In this document: in pieces, positions 20,780 to 30,484 of the stretch
Layout of the letters: the number at the start of each line of letters is the position of its first letter
How positions within the stretch are numbered: the stretch's first letter is position 1
Source of the DNA: Acidimicrobiia bacterium
GTDB taxonomy: Bacteria; Actinomycetota; Acidimicrobiia; Spongiisociales; ZC4RG35
Direction: 5' to 3'
NCBI GenBank assembly: GCA_026002975.1
Contig: BPGJ01000009.1
Span: 48,105-112,104 of the forward strand
DNA: 64,000 nucleotides
The notes under the pieces: generated by a model
What the model was told of the DNA's origin: nothing
Seen by the model: the letters and a program-made list of their open reading frames with translations, nothing else
Databases searched by the model: none
Position numbers and translations under genes: made by a program

Positions 20780-21595
20780 GTGACCCAACCCACCCGGACC
20801 GTGTGTTTCAGACATCCGGATCGGCCCACCGGTCTGGCCTGTTCCCGGTGTGGACGTCCGATCTGCGGAGCCTGCTCGGTCGACAGTCCGGTCGGTCAGC
20901 GATGCCCGGTGTGTGCTGCGAACCCGCAGCGGGTGGTGCGAATCAGGCCCAGCGTTCGGCGGGAGCCTTCGACGACGATGGGGATCATCGGGGTCACGGT
21001 GGCCATGTTCCTGCTGTCGGCGTTGGCTCCGGGTGACCGCCTGTTCGACCTGTTGGCCATGGACAATCGGGCGGTGGCCGATGGGGAGGTGTGGAGGATG
21101 GTGACCGTGGTGTTGCTCCACGCCAACCTGGTCCACATCTGGTTCAACATGTGGGCCCTCTGGGTGTTGGGTCCCCAGATCGAACGGGAGGTGGGGGGAC
21201 TGCGTTTCGTCCTCCTGTACCTGGCGTCTGCTGCCACCGGGTCGGCCTTCGCCTTCTGGCTGGGCGGTCCGCTGGACCTCGGCGTCGGCGCCTCCGGTGC
21301 GATCTTCGGTCTGTTCGGGGTGTGGCTGGCCTCGGCGGTGAGGCGGCGGCACACAGCCTACGGCCGATATCTGCTCTCCCAGCTCGGGTTCGTCCTGCTG
21401 ATCAACGCCGCCATTCCGTTCGTGTTTCCCAACGTCTCCTGGCAGGCCCACCTGGGTGGGCTCCTGGCCGGGTTCGTGCTCGGGAACGCATGGGCCGTGG
21501 TGAGGGGACCCGGACGGCCCGCATGGCAGGCCGCCACCGCCCTGGTACTCCTCGCAGCCAGCCTTCTGTCCCCCCTGCTACTGTCGGGGGGGTGA
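20780..21595 (+). CDS. Rhomboid-family intramembrane serine protease with N-terminal zinc ribbon
   Basis: CxxC...CxxC N-terminus. WR and HxxxN (LLHANLVHIWFNM), GASGAIFG (catalytic Ser), AHLGG (catalytic His). The GTG start is my choice. Confidence 0.8.
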   Translation: MTQPTRTVCFRHPDRPTGLACSRCGRPICGACSVDSPVGQRCPVCAANPQRVVRIRPSVRREPSTTMGIIGVTVAMFLLSALAPGDRLFDLLAMDNRAVADGEVWRMVTVVLLHANLVHIWFNMWALWVLGPQIEREVGGLRFVLLYLASAATGSAFAFWLGGPLDLGVGASGAIFGLFGVWLASAVRRRHTAYGRYLLSQLGFVLLINAAIPFVFPNVSWQAHLGGLLAGFVLGNAWAVVRGPGRPAWQAATALVLLAASLLSPLLLSGG

Positions 21596-24500
21596 ATGCC
21601 AGGCGTGTAATTCGCGAAAACGCGACCTTCGCTCATCTCCATCTCCACACCGAGTTCTCGATGCTCGACGGAGCCGCTCGGGTGGACGACGTGGTCCGGG
21701 CGGCCGCCGCCGACGGGCAGCCGGCGGTGGCGATCACCGACCACGGAGTGATGTACGGGGTGGTCGACTTCTACAAGGCGGCGAGGAGGGCCGGGGTGAA
21801 GCCGATCATCGGGATCGAGGCGTACGTAACGCCGGGATCCCGGTTCGACCGGCCGGTCCGCTCCCAGAACGTCCGGTACCACATGACCCTGCTCGCCGAG
21901 AACGAGGTCGGGTATCGGAACCTGATGAAGCTCAGCTCGCGGGCGTTCCTCGAGGGGTACTACTACAAGCCCAGGATGGACTTCGAGCTGCTGGCGGAGC
22001 ACGCGGAGGGGATCATCGCCACTTCGGGGTGTCTCTCGGGTCCGGTCGCCTTCCATCTGGCTCCGGACGCCGGCCGGGAGGAAGGGGTGGCCGGGGAGCG
22101 GGACTTCGACCGGGCGCTGAGCAACGCCGCCACCCTTCGTGACATCTTCGGGCCCGACCGGTTCTTCATCGAGATCCAGAACCACGGGCTGGAGGCCCAG
22201 CGAAGGATCATGGGTGACCTCCTCGACATCGCCGAGCGGTTGGGGGCGCCGCTCCTCGCCACCAACGATGCCCACTACACCCGCCGGGAGGAGTGGGAGA
22301 CCCACGACGTGCTCCTGTGCATCCAGACCGGCGCCAACCACGACGAGCCGGGGCGGTTCCGGTTCGACGCCCAGGAGTTCTACCTCAAGTCGGCCGCCGA
22401 GATGCGGGCCCTCTTCCCCGAAGACACCTTCCCCGGGGCTTGCGACAACACGCTGTGGGTGGCGGAGAGGGCCGACGTCGAGCTCGAGTTCGGGCAGACC
22501 CTCCTGCCCGAGTTTCCGGTGCCGGCCGGTGAGACCGAGGCCAGCTATCTAGAGAAGCTGGTCATGGAGGGGGCCAGGAAGAGATACGGAGATCCGCTCG
22601 GCGCCGAGGTGGAGGAGAGGATCCGCCACGAGTTGAAGATCATCGGCGAGATGGGTTTCCCCTCCTACTTCCTGATCGTCTGGGATCTGATCCGCTACGC
22701 CAAGGAACGCGGGATACGAACCGGACCGGGCCGGGGGAGCGCCGCCGGGTCGATCGTCGCCTACTGCCTGGGTATCACCGACCTCGACCCGCTGCGTTTC
22801 GGGATGATCTTCGAGCGGTTCCTCAACCCGGGTCGGAAACAGATGCCGGACATCGACATGGACTTCGACGAGCGGTACCGGTCGGAGATGATCAGGTACG
22901 TCGCCGAGAAGTACGGGTCGGATCACGTGGCCCAGATCGTCACGTTCTCGACCATCAAGGGACGGCAGGCGATCCGGGACGCCGCCCGGGTGTTCGGATA
23001 CCCCTACAGCCTGGGCGACAGGATCGCCAAGTTGATGCCCCCCTCGATCCTCGGCAAGGAGGCCTCCCTCGACGATTGCCTGGAGCCTCCCCCGGAGGAC
23101 GCCGATCCGATGCGGAAGGACTGGTACGCGAACGCCCAGGGTTTGAGGGAGGAGTACCAGTCGAATCCGGACGTGCGCCGGGTGGTCGACGCCGCACGAG
23201 GCTTGGAGGGGCTGCGGCGCCAGGACTCGATCCACGCCGCGGCAGTGGTGATCGCTCCCCGTCCGCTCATCGAGATCGTACCGATCCAGCAGAAGGGCGA
23301 CGGCGCCGAGGTCGTGACCCAATACGAGATGCATGCCATCGAGGAGATCGGTCTCCTCAAGATGGACTTCCTGGGTCTTCGCAACCTGTCCACCATCGAA
23401 CGCACCCTCGAGCTGATCGCCCAGACGACCGGGGAGCGGATCGACATCGACTCGATACCCCTCGACGACCCCGACACCTACCGGCTGATCCAGCAGGGAG
23501 ACACCATCGGGGTGTTCCAGTTGGAGGGCGGCCCGATGAGGTCCCTGATCAGGGCGCTGCGACCCGAGACCTTCGAGCACATCATCGCGGTGAACGCCCT
23601 GTACCGGCCGGGCCCGATGGGCCTCAACATGCACTACGAGTACGCCGAGCGGAAGAACGGCCGCCGCGAGGTCACCTATCCGCATCCGGCCACCCGCCCG
23701 TTCCTGGAGTCGACCTACGGGATCATCGTGTACCAGGAGCAGGTGATGCAGGTGGCGCAGGCCCTGGCCGGTTACTCGATGGCCGAGGCCGACAACTTGC
23801 GGCGGGCCATGGGCAAGAAGATCAAGTCGGTCATGGAGGCCGAGAAGGAGAAGTTCGTCGCCGGATGCATCTCCCAGGGCCACGACGAGAAGCTCGGCCG
23901 GGAGCTGTGGGACGCCATCGAACCTTTCGCCGGGTACGGGTTCAACAAATCCCACTCGGCCTGCTACGCCCTGGTCGCCTACCAGACCGCCTGGCTGAAG
24001 GCCCACTACCCGGCCGAATACATGGCGGCCCTCCTCACCTCGGTGAAGCGGGACAAGGACAGGACCGCCCTGTACCTGAACGAGTGCCGGAGGATGGAGA
24101 TCGAGGTCCTCGTTCCCGACGTCAACCAGTCCGACGTCGATTTCGTGGTGGCAGACGGGAAGATCCGGTTCGGTCTGTCGGCGGTGCGGAACGTGGGGGA
24201 GGGGGTCACCGACCGGATCATCGAGGAGAGGAAGAGGGGAGGGCCGTTCACCGACTTCGTCGAATTCTGTGAGCGGGTTCCCCTGGAGGTGTTGAACCGA
24301 CGCACCATCGAGTCGCTGATCAAGGCGGGGGCGTTCGACTCGTTGGGGCACACCCGCAAGGGACTGGCCGAACGCTTCGAGGAGATCGTCGACGCCATCG
24401 TGCAGCGGCGGCGCAACGAAGAGATGGGTCAGTTCTCGCTGTTCGGGGGAGGGGATGCCGAGGCTCCGGGAGGCAGCTACGAGATACCCGACGACGAATG

Positions 24501-25116
24501 GCCTCAGCGGACCCTGTTGACCCACGAGAAGGAGATGCTGGGACTGTACGTCTCCGACCATCCCCTGCTTGGGGCGGCGGCCGCCCTGCGGGCCAAGGGA
24601 GTGACCCCGGTTCCCGCCCTGTGGGAGATGAACGACGGAGCCGCCGTCACGGTGGGCGGCCTGGTCACCGGCGTGACCCGCCGCTACACCCGCAACGGCG
24701 AGCCCATGGTGTTCTTCCAGCTCGAGGATCTGGAGGGCTCGGTGGAGGTGGTGTGCTTCCCCCGGGTGGTGGCCGACGACGGGCTGTCGGTGAGGGAGGA
24801 CGCGGTGGTGGTGGTCACCGCCCGGCTCGACCATCGCGGAGACGACGTCAAGCTGATCGCCCGCCGGGTGGAGACCCTGGAGGTGACCGACCAGGTCCTC
24901 CAGCTCGAAGTACCCACCGAGCGGATATCACCCGAGCTGGTGAGGCGGCTGAAAGGCGTCCTGGCCAACCATCCGGGAACCATCCCGGTCATGCTCCATC
25001 TCGTGAAAGACGACCGCCGACGAGTGGTCAGGCTGTCGGACGACCTGCGGGTGGAGGCCCGCTCGGCCCTGTACGCCGAGCTTCGGGAACTGCTGGGTCC
25101 CCGGGCGGTCAGATGA
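21592..25116 (+). CDS. dnaE: DNA polymerase III alpha subunit
   Basis: ~1174 aa from a GTG overlapping the rhomboid stop. PHP domain (HLHLHTEFSMLDGA), polymerase core, OB-fold C-terminus. Confidence 0.95.
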   Translation: MNARRVIRENATFAHLHLHTEFSMLDGAARVDDVVRAAAADGQPAVAITDHGVMYGVVDFYKAARRAGVKPIIGIEAYVTPGSRFDRPVRSQNVRYHMTLLAENEVGYRNLMKLSSRAFLEGYYYKPRMDFELLAEHAEGIIATSGCLSGPVAFHLAPDAGREEGVAGERDFDRALSNAATLRDIFGPDRFFIEIQNHGLEAQRRIMGDLLDIAERLGAPLLATNDAHYTRREEWETHDVLLCIQTGANHDEPGRFRFDAQEFYLKSAAEMRALFPEDTFPGACDNTLWVAERADVELEFGQTLLPEFPVPAGETEASYLEKLVMEGARKRYGDPLGAEVEERIRHELKIIGEMGFPSYFLIVWDLIRYAKERGIRTGPGRGSAAGSIVAYCLGITDLDPLRFGMIFERFLNPGRKQMPDIDMDFDERYRSEMIRYVAEKYGSDHVAQIVTFSTIKGRQAIRDAARVFGYPYSLGDRIAKLMPPSILGKEASLDDCLEPPPEDADPMRKDWYANAQGLREEYQSNPDVRRVVDAARGLEGLRRQDSIHAAAVVIAPRPLIEIVPIQQKGDGAEVVTQYEMHAIEEIGLLKMDFLGLRNLSTIERTLELIAQTTGERIDIDSIPLDDPDTYRLIQQGDTIGVFQLEGGPMRSLIRALRPETFEHIIAVNALYRPGPMGLNMHYEYAERKNGRREVTYPHPATRPFLESTYGIIVYQEQVMQVAQALAGYSMAEADNLRRAMGKKIKSVMEAEKEKFVAGCISQGHDEKLGRELWDAIEPFAGYGFNKSHSACYALVAYQTAWLKAHYPAEYMAALLTSVKRDKDRTALYLNECRRMEIEVLVPDVNQSDVDFVVADGKIRFGLSAVRNVGEGVTDRIIEERKRGGPFTDFVEFCERVPLEVLNRRTIESLIKAGAFDSLGHTRKGLAERFEEIVDAIVQRRRNEEMGQFSLFGGGDAEAPGGSYEIPDDEWPQRTLLTHEKEMLGLYVSDHPLLGAAAALRAKGVTPVPALWEMNDGAAVTVGGLVTGVTRRYTRNGEPMVFFQLEDLEGSVEVVCFPRVVADDGLSVREDAVVVVTARLDHRGDDVKLIARRVETLEVTDQVLQLEVPTERISPELVRRLKGVLANHPGTIPVMLHLVKDDRRRVVRLSDDLRVEARSALYAELRELLGPRAVR

Positions 25117-25129
25117 GGAGGAGAATCGG

Positions 25130-25534
25130 ATGAAGGTCGCCTACGTGCTCAACTCCCCAAGAGCGGCGACCTACAAGCTGGGCCAGATGATCCTGCCCCA
25201 GCTCGAAGCCGGAACCCACGGGGTTCGGGTGGTGGGGATCTTCTTCTTCGACGACAACGTCTTCGTGCTGCGGAGAGGCGACCCGATCGGCGAGCGACTC
25301 TCGGAGGTCGCCCGCTCGGAGGGGATCCTCCTCATGATGTGCGACATGTGCGCGTTGGAGAGGGGACTGGCCGAGGGTGAACCACGGTGGTGCGACCCGG
25401 CCACCGGTCGGGGCCGGACCACGCCGGGTGAGATCCGGGTTGTCGCCACGGTGGACGGGGTCGAGGTCGGATGCTTCCCCGACCTGTACGCCGCCCTGGC
25501 CGACGACCCGCCCGACCAGGTGATCAGCCTGTAG
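25130..25534 (+). CDS. DsrE/DsrF/TusD-like fold protein
   Basis: 134 aa. MKVAYVLNS..., VVGIFFFDDNVF, LLMMCDMCALERGL resemble the DsrE-family pattern. A GGAGGA RBS lies 13 nt after the dnaE stop. Confidence 0.5.
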   Translation: MKVAYVLNSPRAATYKLGQMILPQLEAGTHGVRVVGIFFFDDNVFVLRRGDPIGERLSEVARSEGILLMMCDMCALERGLAEGEPRWCDPATGRGRTTPGEIRVVATVDGVEVGCFPDLYAALADDPPDQVISL

Positions 25535-26552
25535 CCACCTTCGTCAGGTCGGGCGCCGCGTCGAGGAGGCGGGCCAGACCGGCCAGGTCCACCGGCGGGG
25601 GAGTGAGCCAGGGAACGACGACCGACTCGGTCCGATATCTGGAGGAGAACTCGGCCCGTAGGTCCCTCTGCCGTCTCGACTCTTCCGCCCAACGCCGGAA
25701 GTTCTCGACCAGAGCCGGGTCGTCTCCGTCGACTTCGGCGTCGATCCACTCCTCCGGGAGGGTCCGATTGAAGATCGAGGCGGTGGGCGCCACACCCAGT
25801 TGGGGCAGCTCCCGGAACATGGTCAGCGCCTCCCGGATGGGGGTCGGGTCGGCGGTGGTCACCACCACCACCCGAGCAGCCCGGAGACGTTCCTCGATCT
25901 CGCGGGAGCGGCGAGCCACACCTTCGTAGGTGGTTCGCAGGTCCATCATGAACTGGGCAACCCGGCTGAGCAGGTCGGAACCGAGGATCTCGTCGGCGAG
26001 CCGCAGAGCCGGGCGGGCGGCTCGATCGAACAGGAACCGTCGCCCGGGTAGCGGGCCTCCGGTCAGCCAGCGCAGGACCCTGCCTCCGATCAGCTCGGTC
26101 ATGGCGCGGGGAGCGGTGAAGAACTCGATCCCTCCCGCGGCCGGCGGGGTGTCGACCACGACCAGCTCCCATGCCCGGGCGTCCAGGAAGGTGACCGCCT
26201 CCTCGGCGGCGGCGTAGGACTGGGAGGCGGGAAAGTGGGAGGTGGCGGCCGCGAAGAAGGGGCTCGCGACCAGGCGTTCGGCCACTTCGGGTTCGGTGTG
26301 TCGACGGGCGATCGCCTGCCAGGAAGAGGCCGCGTCGAGCATCGCCGCCCAAAGTCGGGGCTCCTCGGGATGGGGGCTGGGTTCGGTTCCCAAACCACCC
26401 AGACCTAGGGCGTCGGCCAAACGGCGGGCCGGGTCGACGGTGACCACCAGGGTACGGACCCCCGAGCGTGCCGCGGCCAGACCCACCGCCGCGGCCACCG
26501 TCGTCTTGCCTACCCCTCCGGCTCCGGTGACGATCAACGCTCCGGGTATCAC
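25524..26552 (-). CDS. ArsA/Get3-like P-loop ATPase (second of a pair)
   Basis: 342 aa. Deviant Walker A GAGGVGKTT and the TVDPARRL motif. Confidence 0.8.
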   Translation of the reverse strand: MIPGALIVTGAGGVGKTTVAAAVGLAAARSGVRTLVVTVDPARRLADALGLGGLGTEPSPHPEEPRLWAAMLDAASSWQAIARRHTEPEVAERLVASPFFAAATSHFPASQSYAAAEEAVTFLDARAWELVVVDTPPAAGGIEFFTAPRAMTELIGGRVLRWLTGGPLPGRRFLFDRAARPALRLADEILGSDLLSRVAQFMMDLRTTYEGVARRSREIEERLRAARVVVVTTADPTPIREALTMFRELPQLGVAPTASIFNRTLPEEWIDAEVDGDDPALVENFRRWAEESRRQRDLRAEFSSRYRTESVVVPWLTPPPVDLAGLARLLDAAPDLTKVATG

Positions 26553-26562
26553 CGTGCGCTCC

Positions 26563-27406
26563 TCACCAAGCCTCCACCTCGTCGGCCAGCCGGGCTGCCA
26601 CCTCCGCGGGAGTCATCAGGCCGAACAGGTAGGGCAGGCGACGGTCGGCGGCGAGCACCTCGAGCCACCTCTGCTGCTCCGACCACAGCTCGAGGTGGAG
26701 TCGCGCCGCGTCGCCCAGCGGGCCGTCGGGCACCGGGTCGGGCACCGGCAGGTGGGGGGAGCACCCGGTTGGCCGCCACCACCGTCGACCCGACCACCCG
26801 TTCCCCGGTCAGCCAGGAGCGCAGCTCGGCGGTCTCGTTGACCGGCAGCTCTTCGGGTATCGACACCACACACAGGGTCGCCTGGTCGCGGAGCAGCTCC
26901 TCCATCCAGGACGCCTGCTCCCTGATCCGTCCCGATGGGACCAACTCGACGATGGTGCGGGCTGCCCGCAGGTAGGAGCCGATCTGACCGGTCGGGGGCG
27001 CGTCGGCCACCACCAGGTCCCAGGCTTTCCTCCGGACCTCCCACAGCACCTTGCCGACCGTGATGATCTCCCGGATCGCGGGAGCGGCCGACGCCAAGGC
27101 GTCGAAGGCCCTCACCGCCGGGCCGAGGATCAGGAACGGCGGGACTCCCAGCTGCACCCTCAAGTATTCCCCCAGGGCCTTGCTGCGGTCGATCCGGCAG
27201 GCCCACAGACCCGGCTTGACCTCCGAGGGTTGGGGAGACAGGGGAGGCGCCCCGAGGTGGGCCGCCAATCCGGTGCCTGTCGGGTCCATCGCCAGGGCGA
27301 GCACCCGACGCCCCGCGCGGTGCGCTGCCAGGGCCAGGGCGGCCGCCACCGCGGACTTCCCCGTGCCGCCTTTCCCGGTGACCATCACCAGGTCGGCAGA
27401 GAGCAT
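26563..27406 (-). CDS. ArsA/Get3-like P-loop ATPase (first of a pair), one frame break
   Basis: Walker A GKGGTGKSA and DAPPTGQ. The C-terminal ~60 codons (HLPVPDPVPDGPL...DEVEAW) continue in another frame after the G6/C6 run 26754-26759. Confidence 0.75.
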
Positions 27407-27625
27407 CTAGCTTCCCGGATGGAGCGGGATGCGGAGCACCAGGTGGTCGTCCTCCACCGACCACTTGGCCGACCCGATCAGGGCGAAGTCGGTGTAGTCG
27501 GTCTCGGCGGCCTCGATGAACCTGCGGCGTTCCTCCCCGGCAACCGGGGGCAGGGGCCGCCGCTTGACCGCCTCGGCTCTCTCCCTGAACCGCTGGATGA
27601 AGGCGTCGACGTCGAACTCAGCCAT
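27407..27625 (-). CDS. Small hypothetical protein (72 aa)
   Basis: MAEFDVDAFIQRFRERAE... Its start overlaps the ThyX-like stop by 8 nt and its stop abuts the ArsA-like start. No motif recognised. Confidence 0.45.
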   Translation of the reverse strand: MAEFDVDAFIQRFRERAEAVKRRPLPPVAGEERRRFIEAAETDYTDFALIGSAKWSVEDDHLVLRIPLHPGS

Positions 27626-29276
27626 CCCCACCCACGGTAGCGGCGGCCGCTCGCCGTCTCGCCTCGGCCCTCCTCTCCGCCTCCAGTCTCTCCCATTCGA
27701 CCGGTGCGGTGTCAACGAACCGCATCGCGTCGGCGATCATCCGGTGCCCGGCGACGTCCCGGATGAGGCGGTGCATCTCCTGCACCACCCAACGGTACGA
27801 AGGGTGACCCTGAGGTTGGGACCTCAGCTCGATCAGGTGGAACGCCTGGCGGGGGTTCATCTCCACGGTGAAGCGGACCAGAGCGGCGAACGGCACCACG
27901 TACTGGGCGACGTCGGCGCCGTGGTCGCCACGTATCCGCTCGTAGACGTCGCTGCATCGGGCCATCAGGTCCTCCCACACCTGCGCCTGCGACTCCTCCA
28001 GCTCGGGAGGGACGGCGAAGCCGAGGCGGGTCGTGAACCGCTGCCATTCGATGGTCATCATGCGGTGGCGCTGCAGGTCCCGGAACGCACCGAAGTCGCA
28101 CACCACGTCGAACCGATAGGTGGTCCGCTCCATGGCTCTCCCCGGCTTGTGCCGCCGGTTGGTCCGCTCGCCCACCAGCGCGGCCATGATCCGGGCTCTC
28201 TGTTCGTCGGACATCGACCGAGCCAGGTCGAGCAGTCGTCGTTCGTCGAGTTCGGACACGGGGTAGAGGGCCGCCGCGACCACTTTGGTCTCCGCCTCGG
28301 GATCCCAGTCGACCAGGTCGACCCTCGGTTCCGACTCGGGTTCGGCCGACGGGAGAACCGAAGCCAGCTCCTCGAGGTTGCGCCGGGTCTCGGCCAGGTA
28401 GCGACTCCACGCTCCACCCCGGTCGGGTCGATCGACCCGGGTCAGGAAGGAGGGGATCACCTTGCGGAGCTCCTCCAGCATCATGCCGGCGTAGGCCTGC
28501 GCTTCGCCGAGCGGGTGGGCCCTCATCCTTAGGAGCAGCTGCTCGTAGGCCTGGCCCGAGGCGTGGATGCCCACGTTGGACATGGTGGCGGCGGGGAGGA
28601 GCCCCCGGGCCACGTCGCAGGCCTTGGCCCGGACGGTGGCCTTCCACACCGCCTCCGACACGTCTTCGCTGCGGGGCGAAGACCGTTCGTACACGGTTCG
28701 GAGATCGGCTACCAGCCGGGAGTAGGCGTCGAACAGGGTCTCCATCAGCTCCACGTAGTCCCCGCGGAGGGGAGAGCCTTCCAGCTCGGGGGGCACGACG
28801 TAGCGGTACCGTCCTCCCAGAGGCTGGTCGTACGAGATGTACCGGGTCGACTGCTCCAGGTAGGAGGCGATCCGTCCTCGTTCCAAGACCTTGGTGAGCA
28901 CGTTGGAAGCCTGCTCGCAGGCGAGGTGGGCGCTACCCAGTTGAGCCACCGAGTCGTCGCCGTACTGGTAGAACACCCTCTGATAGAGCTGCTCGGCCCG
29001 TCGGAGGTTGACCAGAGGGTCTTCGTCTTCGAGCCGGTCGGCGATGATCGAGATCCCGGTGTCCGGGTCGGCGAGGAACTCGTCGAGGAACAGTCGGCGA
29101 ATCGACTTGGCCGACCTCGAGTAGCGGGCGAACAGCGCTCCTTTCACCACCTCGGGCAGGTTGATCAGCGCGAACACCGGACCGTCCAGGTTGGTGAAGA
29201 ACCGGGCCAGCACCTTGCGTTCTTCCGGGGTGAAATCCTCCCGGTGGTGGTAGGGGAGCGGCTGGCCGGGATCCAT
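27618..29276 (-). CDS. Tandem-domain ThyX-like (flavin-dependent thymidylate synthase family) protein
   Basis: 552 aa. The N-half carries RGRIASYLEQSTRY, which is the ThyX signature RHRxxSxxxxSxRY with H changed to G. The C-half carries only RHRMMT. Confidence 0.7.
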   Translation of the reverse strand: MDPGQPLPYHHREDFTPEERKVLARFFTNLDGPVFALINLPEVVKGALFARYSRSAKSIRRLFLDEFLADPDTGISIIADRLEDEDPLVNLRRAEQLYQRVFYQYGDDSVAQLGSAHLACEQASNVLTKVLERGRIASYLEQSTRYISYDQPLGGRYRYVVPPELEGSPLRGDYVELMETLFDAYSRLVADLRTVYERSSPRSEDVSEAVWKATVRAKACDVARGLLPAATMSNVGIHASGQAYEQLLLRMRAHPLGEAQAYAGMMLEELRKVIPSFLTRVDRPDRGGAWSRYLAETRRNLEELASVLPSAEPESEPRVDLVDWDPEAETKVVAAALYPVSELDERRLLDLARSMSDEQRARIMAALVGERTNRRHKPGRAMERTTYRFDVVCDFGAFRDLQRHRMMTIEWQRFTTRLGFAVPPELEESQAQVWEDLMARCSDVYERIRGDHGADVAQYVVPFAALVRFTVEMNPRQAFHLIELRSQPQGHPSYRWVVQEMHRLIRDVAGHRMIADAMRFVDTAPVEWERLEAERRAEARRRAAAATVGGDG

Positions 29277-29312
29277 GGACCGCGGATCGTAGCCGAGTAC
29301 CTTGGCCCGGCC

Positions 29313-29603
29313 ATGGACACCCGTTCGTTGCTTCGTCTCCTACGCCTGGTGCTGATCCTCGTCGGGGTGGGTCTGGCCGCCATACCTCTGCTGGCGCTGT
29401 TCGACCTGGCCCGGGGCGGCACCGGTCTGGGTCTCTGCCCGGACGGACTGGCGGACTGCGACGCGGGTTTCGAAGCCGCCCCCCGGTTGACGGTGCTGCT
29501 GGTGGTGGGACTGCTGGTCGTGCTCGCCGGGCTCCGACTGGTTTGGCTGGCCGACCGGCGACTGCGTAGGAGGCGGCTGCCTCCCGGCGGGGAACCCGAC
29601 TGA
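29313..29603 (+). CDS. Hypothetical small membrane protein
   Basis: 96-aa segment with two hydrophobic helices and a basic tail, divergent from the ThyX-like gene. The rest of ORF 28563..29603 is antisense noise. Confidence 0.35.
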   Translation: MDTRSLLRLLRLVLILVGVGLAAIPLLALFDLARGGTGLGLCPDGLADCDAGFEAAPRLTVLLVVGLLVVLAGLRLVWLADRRLRRRRLPPGGEPD

Positions 29604-29614
29604 CCGCCGCCCGT

Positions 29615-30484
29615 TCAGTGGGCCGGGGTCACGGCCTCCACCTCGGTCGCCTCGGACGGGTTGCCTCTGGTCACCACCAGTTGGATCGCCGCCACGATCA
29701 GGGCGGCTCCCACCCACCGGCCCAGGGTCATCCTCTCCGCAAGGACCAGCACCCCCAAGGCCACACCGAAAACCGGTTCCAGGGTCAACACCACCGCGGC
29801 GGTGGACGGACCCACCTTGGTCTGGGCCCAGATCTGGAGGAGGAAGGCCAGAGCCGACACCCCGAGCCCGGTGAGGAGGATGGCCGGCCAGCTTCCGGCG
29901 GGTGGGAACGGGGCGGATTCGACCACCAGGGAGGACGACAATCCCAGCGCCGCGGTGACCAGGAGCTGAACCGCGGTGAACGGCACCACCGGGTAGCGGC
30001 TCGCCACCCGGGCCAGGTACACGATGTGCACCGCGAAGGCGAGGGCACACCCCAGGGTGAACAGGTCGCCGACCCCCAACACGAAGCCTCCCCTCAACGT
30101 GACGAGGGCGAGACCGATGAACGCCAGCACCACCCCCACCAGCACCCACGGGGAGGGCGCCCGACGGGTCCACACCGAGTGCACCAGCGGGGTGAACACC
30201 ACGAACATGCCGGTGATCAGCGCCGAAGTCGAAGCCTCGGTGGTGACCAGCCCCGCGGTCTGCAACGCGTATCCTGCGTAGAGGAGCAAGCCGGCCACCG
30301 TGCCGTCCCGCCAGATGCCGGGTGTCCGTGGCCAGGAGAGGAGCAGGAGCGCCACCGCACCGACCAGGAACCGCCACCCCACGAAAGCCAGTGGGGGGTA
30401 GTCGGCAAGAGCGTCTTTGACCACCACGAAGGTGGATCCGAACAGGAAGGCGGCCACCACCAGCGCCGCGACAGGTGTTCTCAC
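29615..30484 (-). CDS. EamA/DMT-family transporter
   Basis: ~289 aa with ten predicted hydrophobic segments and two EamA-like halves. The GTG start overlaps the upstream stop (GTGA). Confidence 0.75.
   Translation of the reverse strand: MRTPVAALVVAAFLFGSTFVVVKDALADYPPLAFVGWRFLVGAVALLLLSWPRTPGIWRDGTVAGLLLYAGYALQTAGLVTTEASTSALITGMFVVFTPLVHSVWTRRAPSPWVLVGVVLAFIGLALVTLRGGFVLGVGDLFTLGCALAFAVHIVYLARVASRYPVVPFTAVQLLVTAALGLSSSLVVESAPFPPAGSWPAILLTGLGVSALAFLLQIWAQTKVGPSTAAVVLTLEPVFGVALGVLVLAERMTLGRWVGAALIVAAIQLVVTRGNPSEATEVEAVTPAH

Noticed and set aside
21091-21591. N-terminal extension of dnaE (the ORF opens at 21091)
   Set aside because: The extension overlaps the rhomboid gene out of frame and is R/G/P-rich. 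PHP-domain homology begins right after the GTG at 21592, which overlaps the rhomboid stop.
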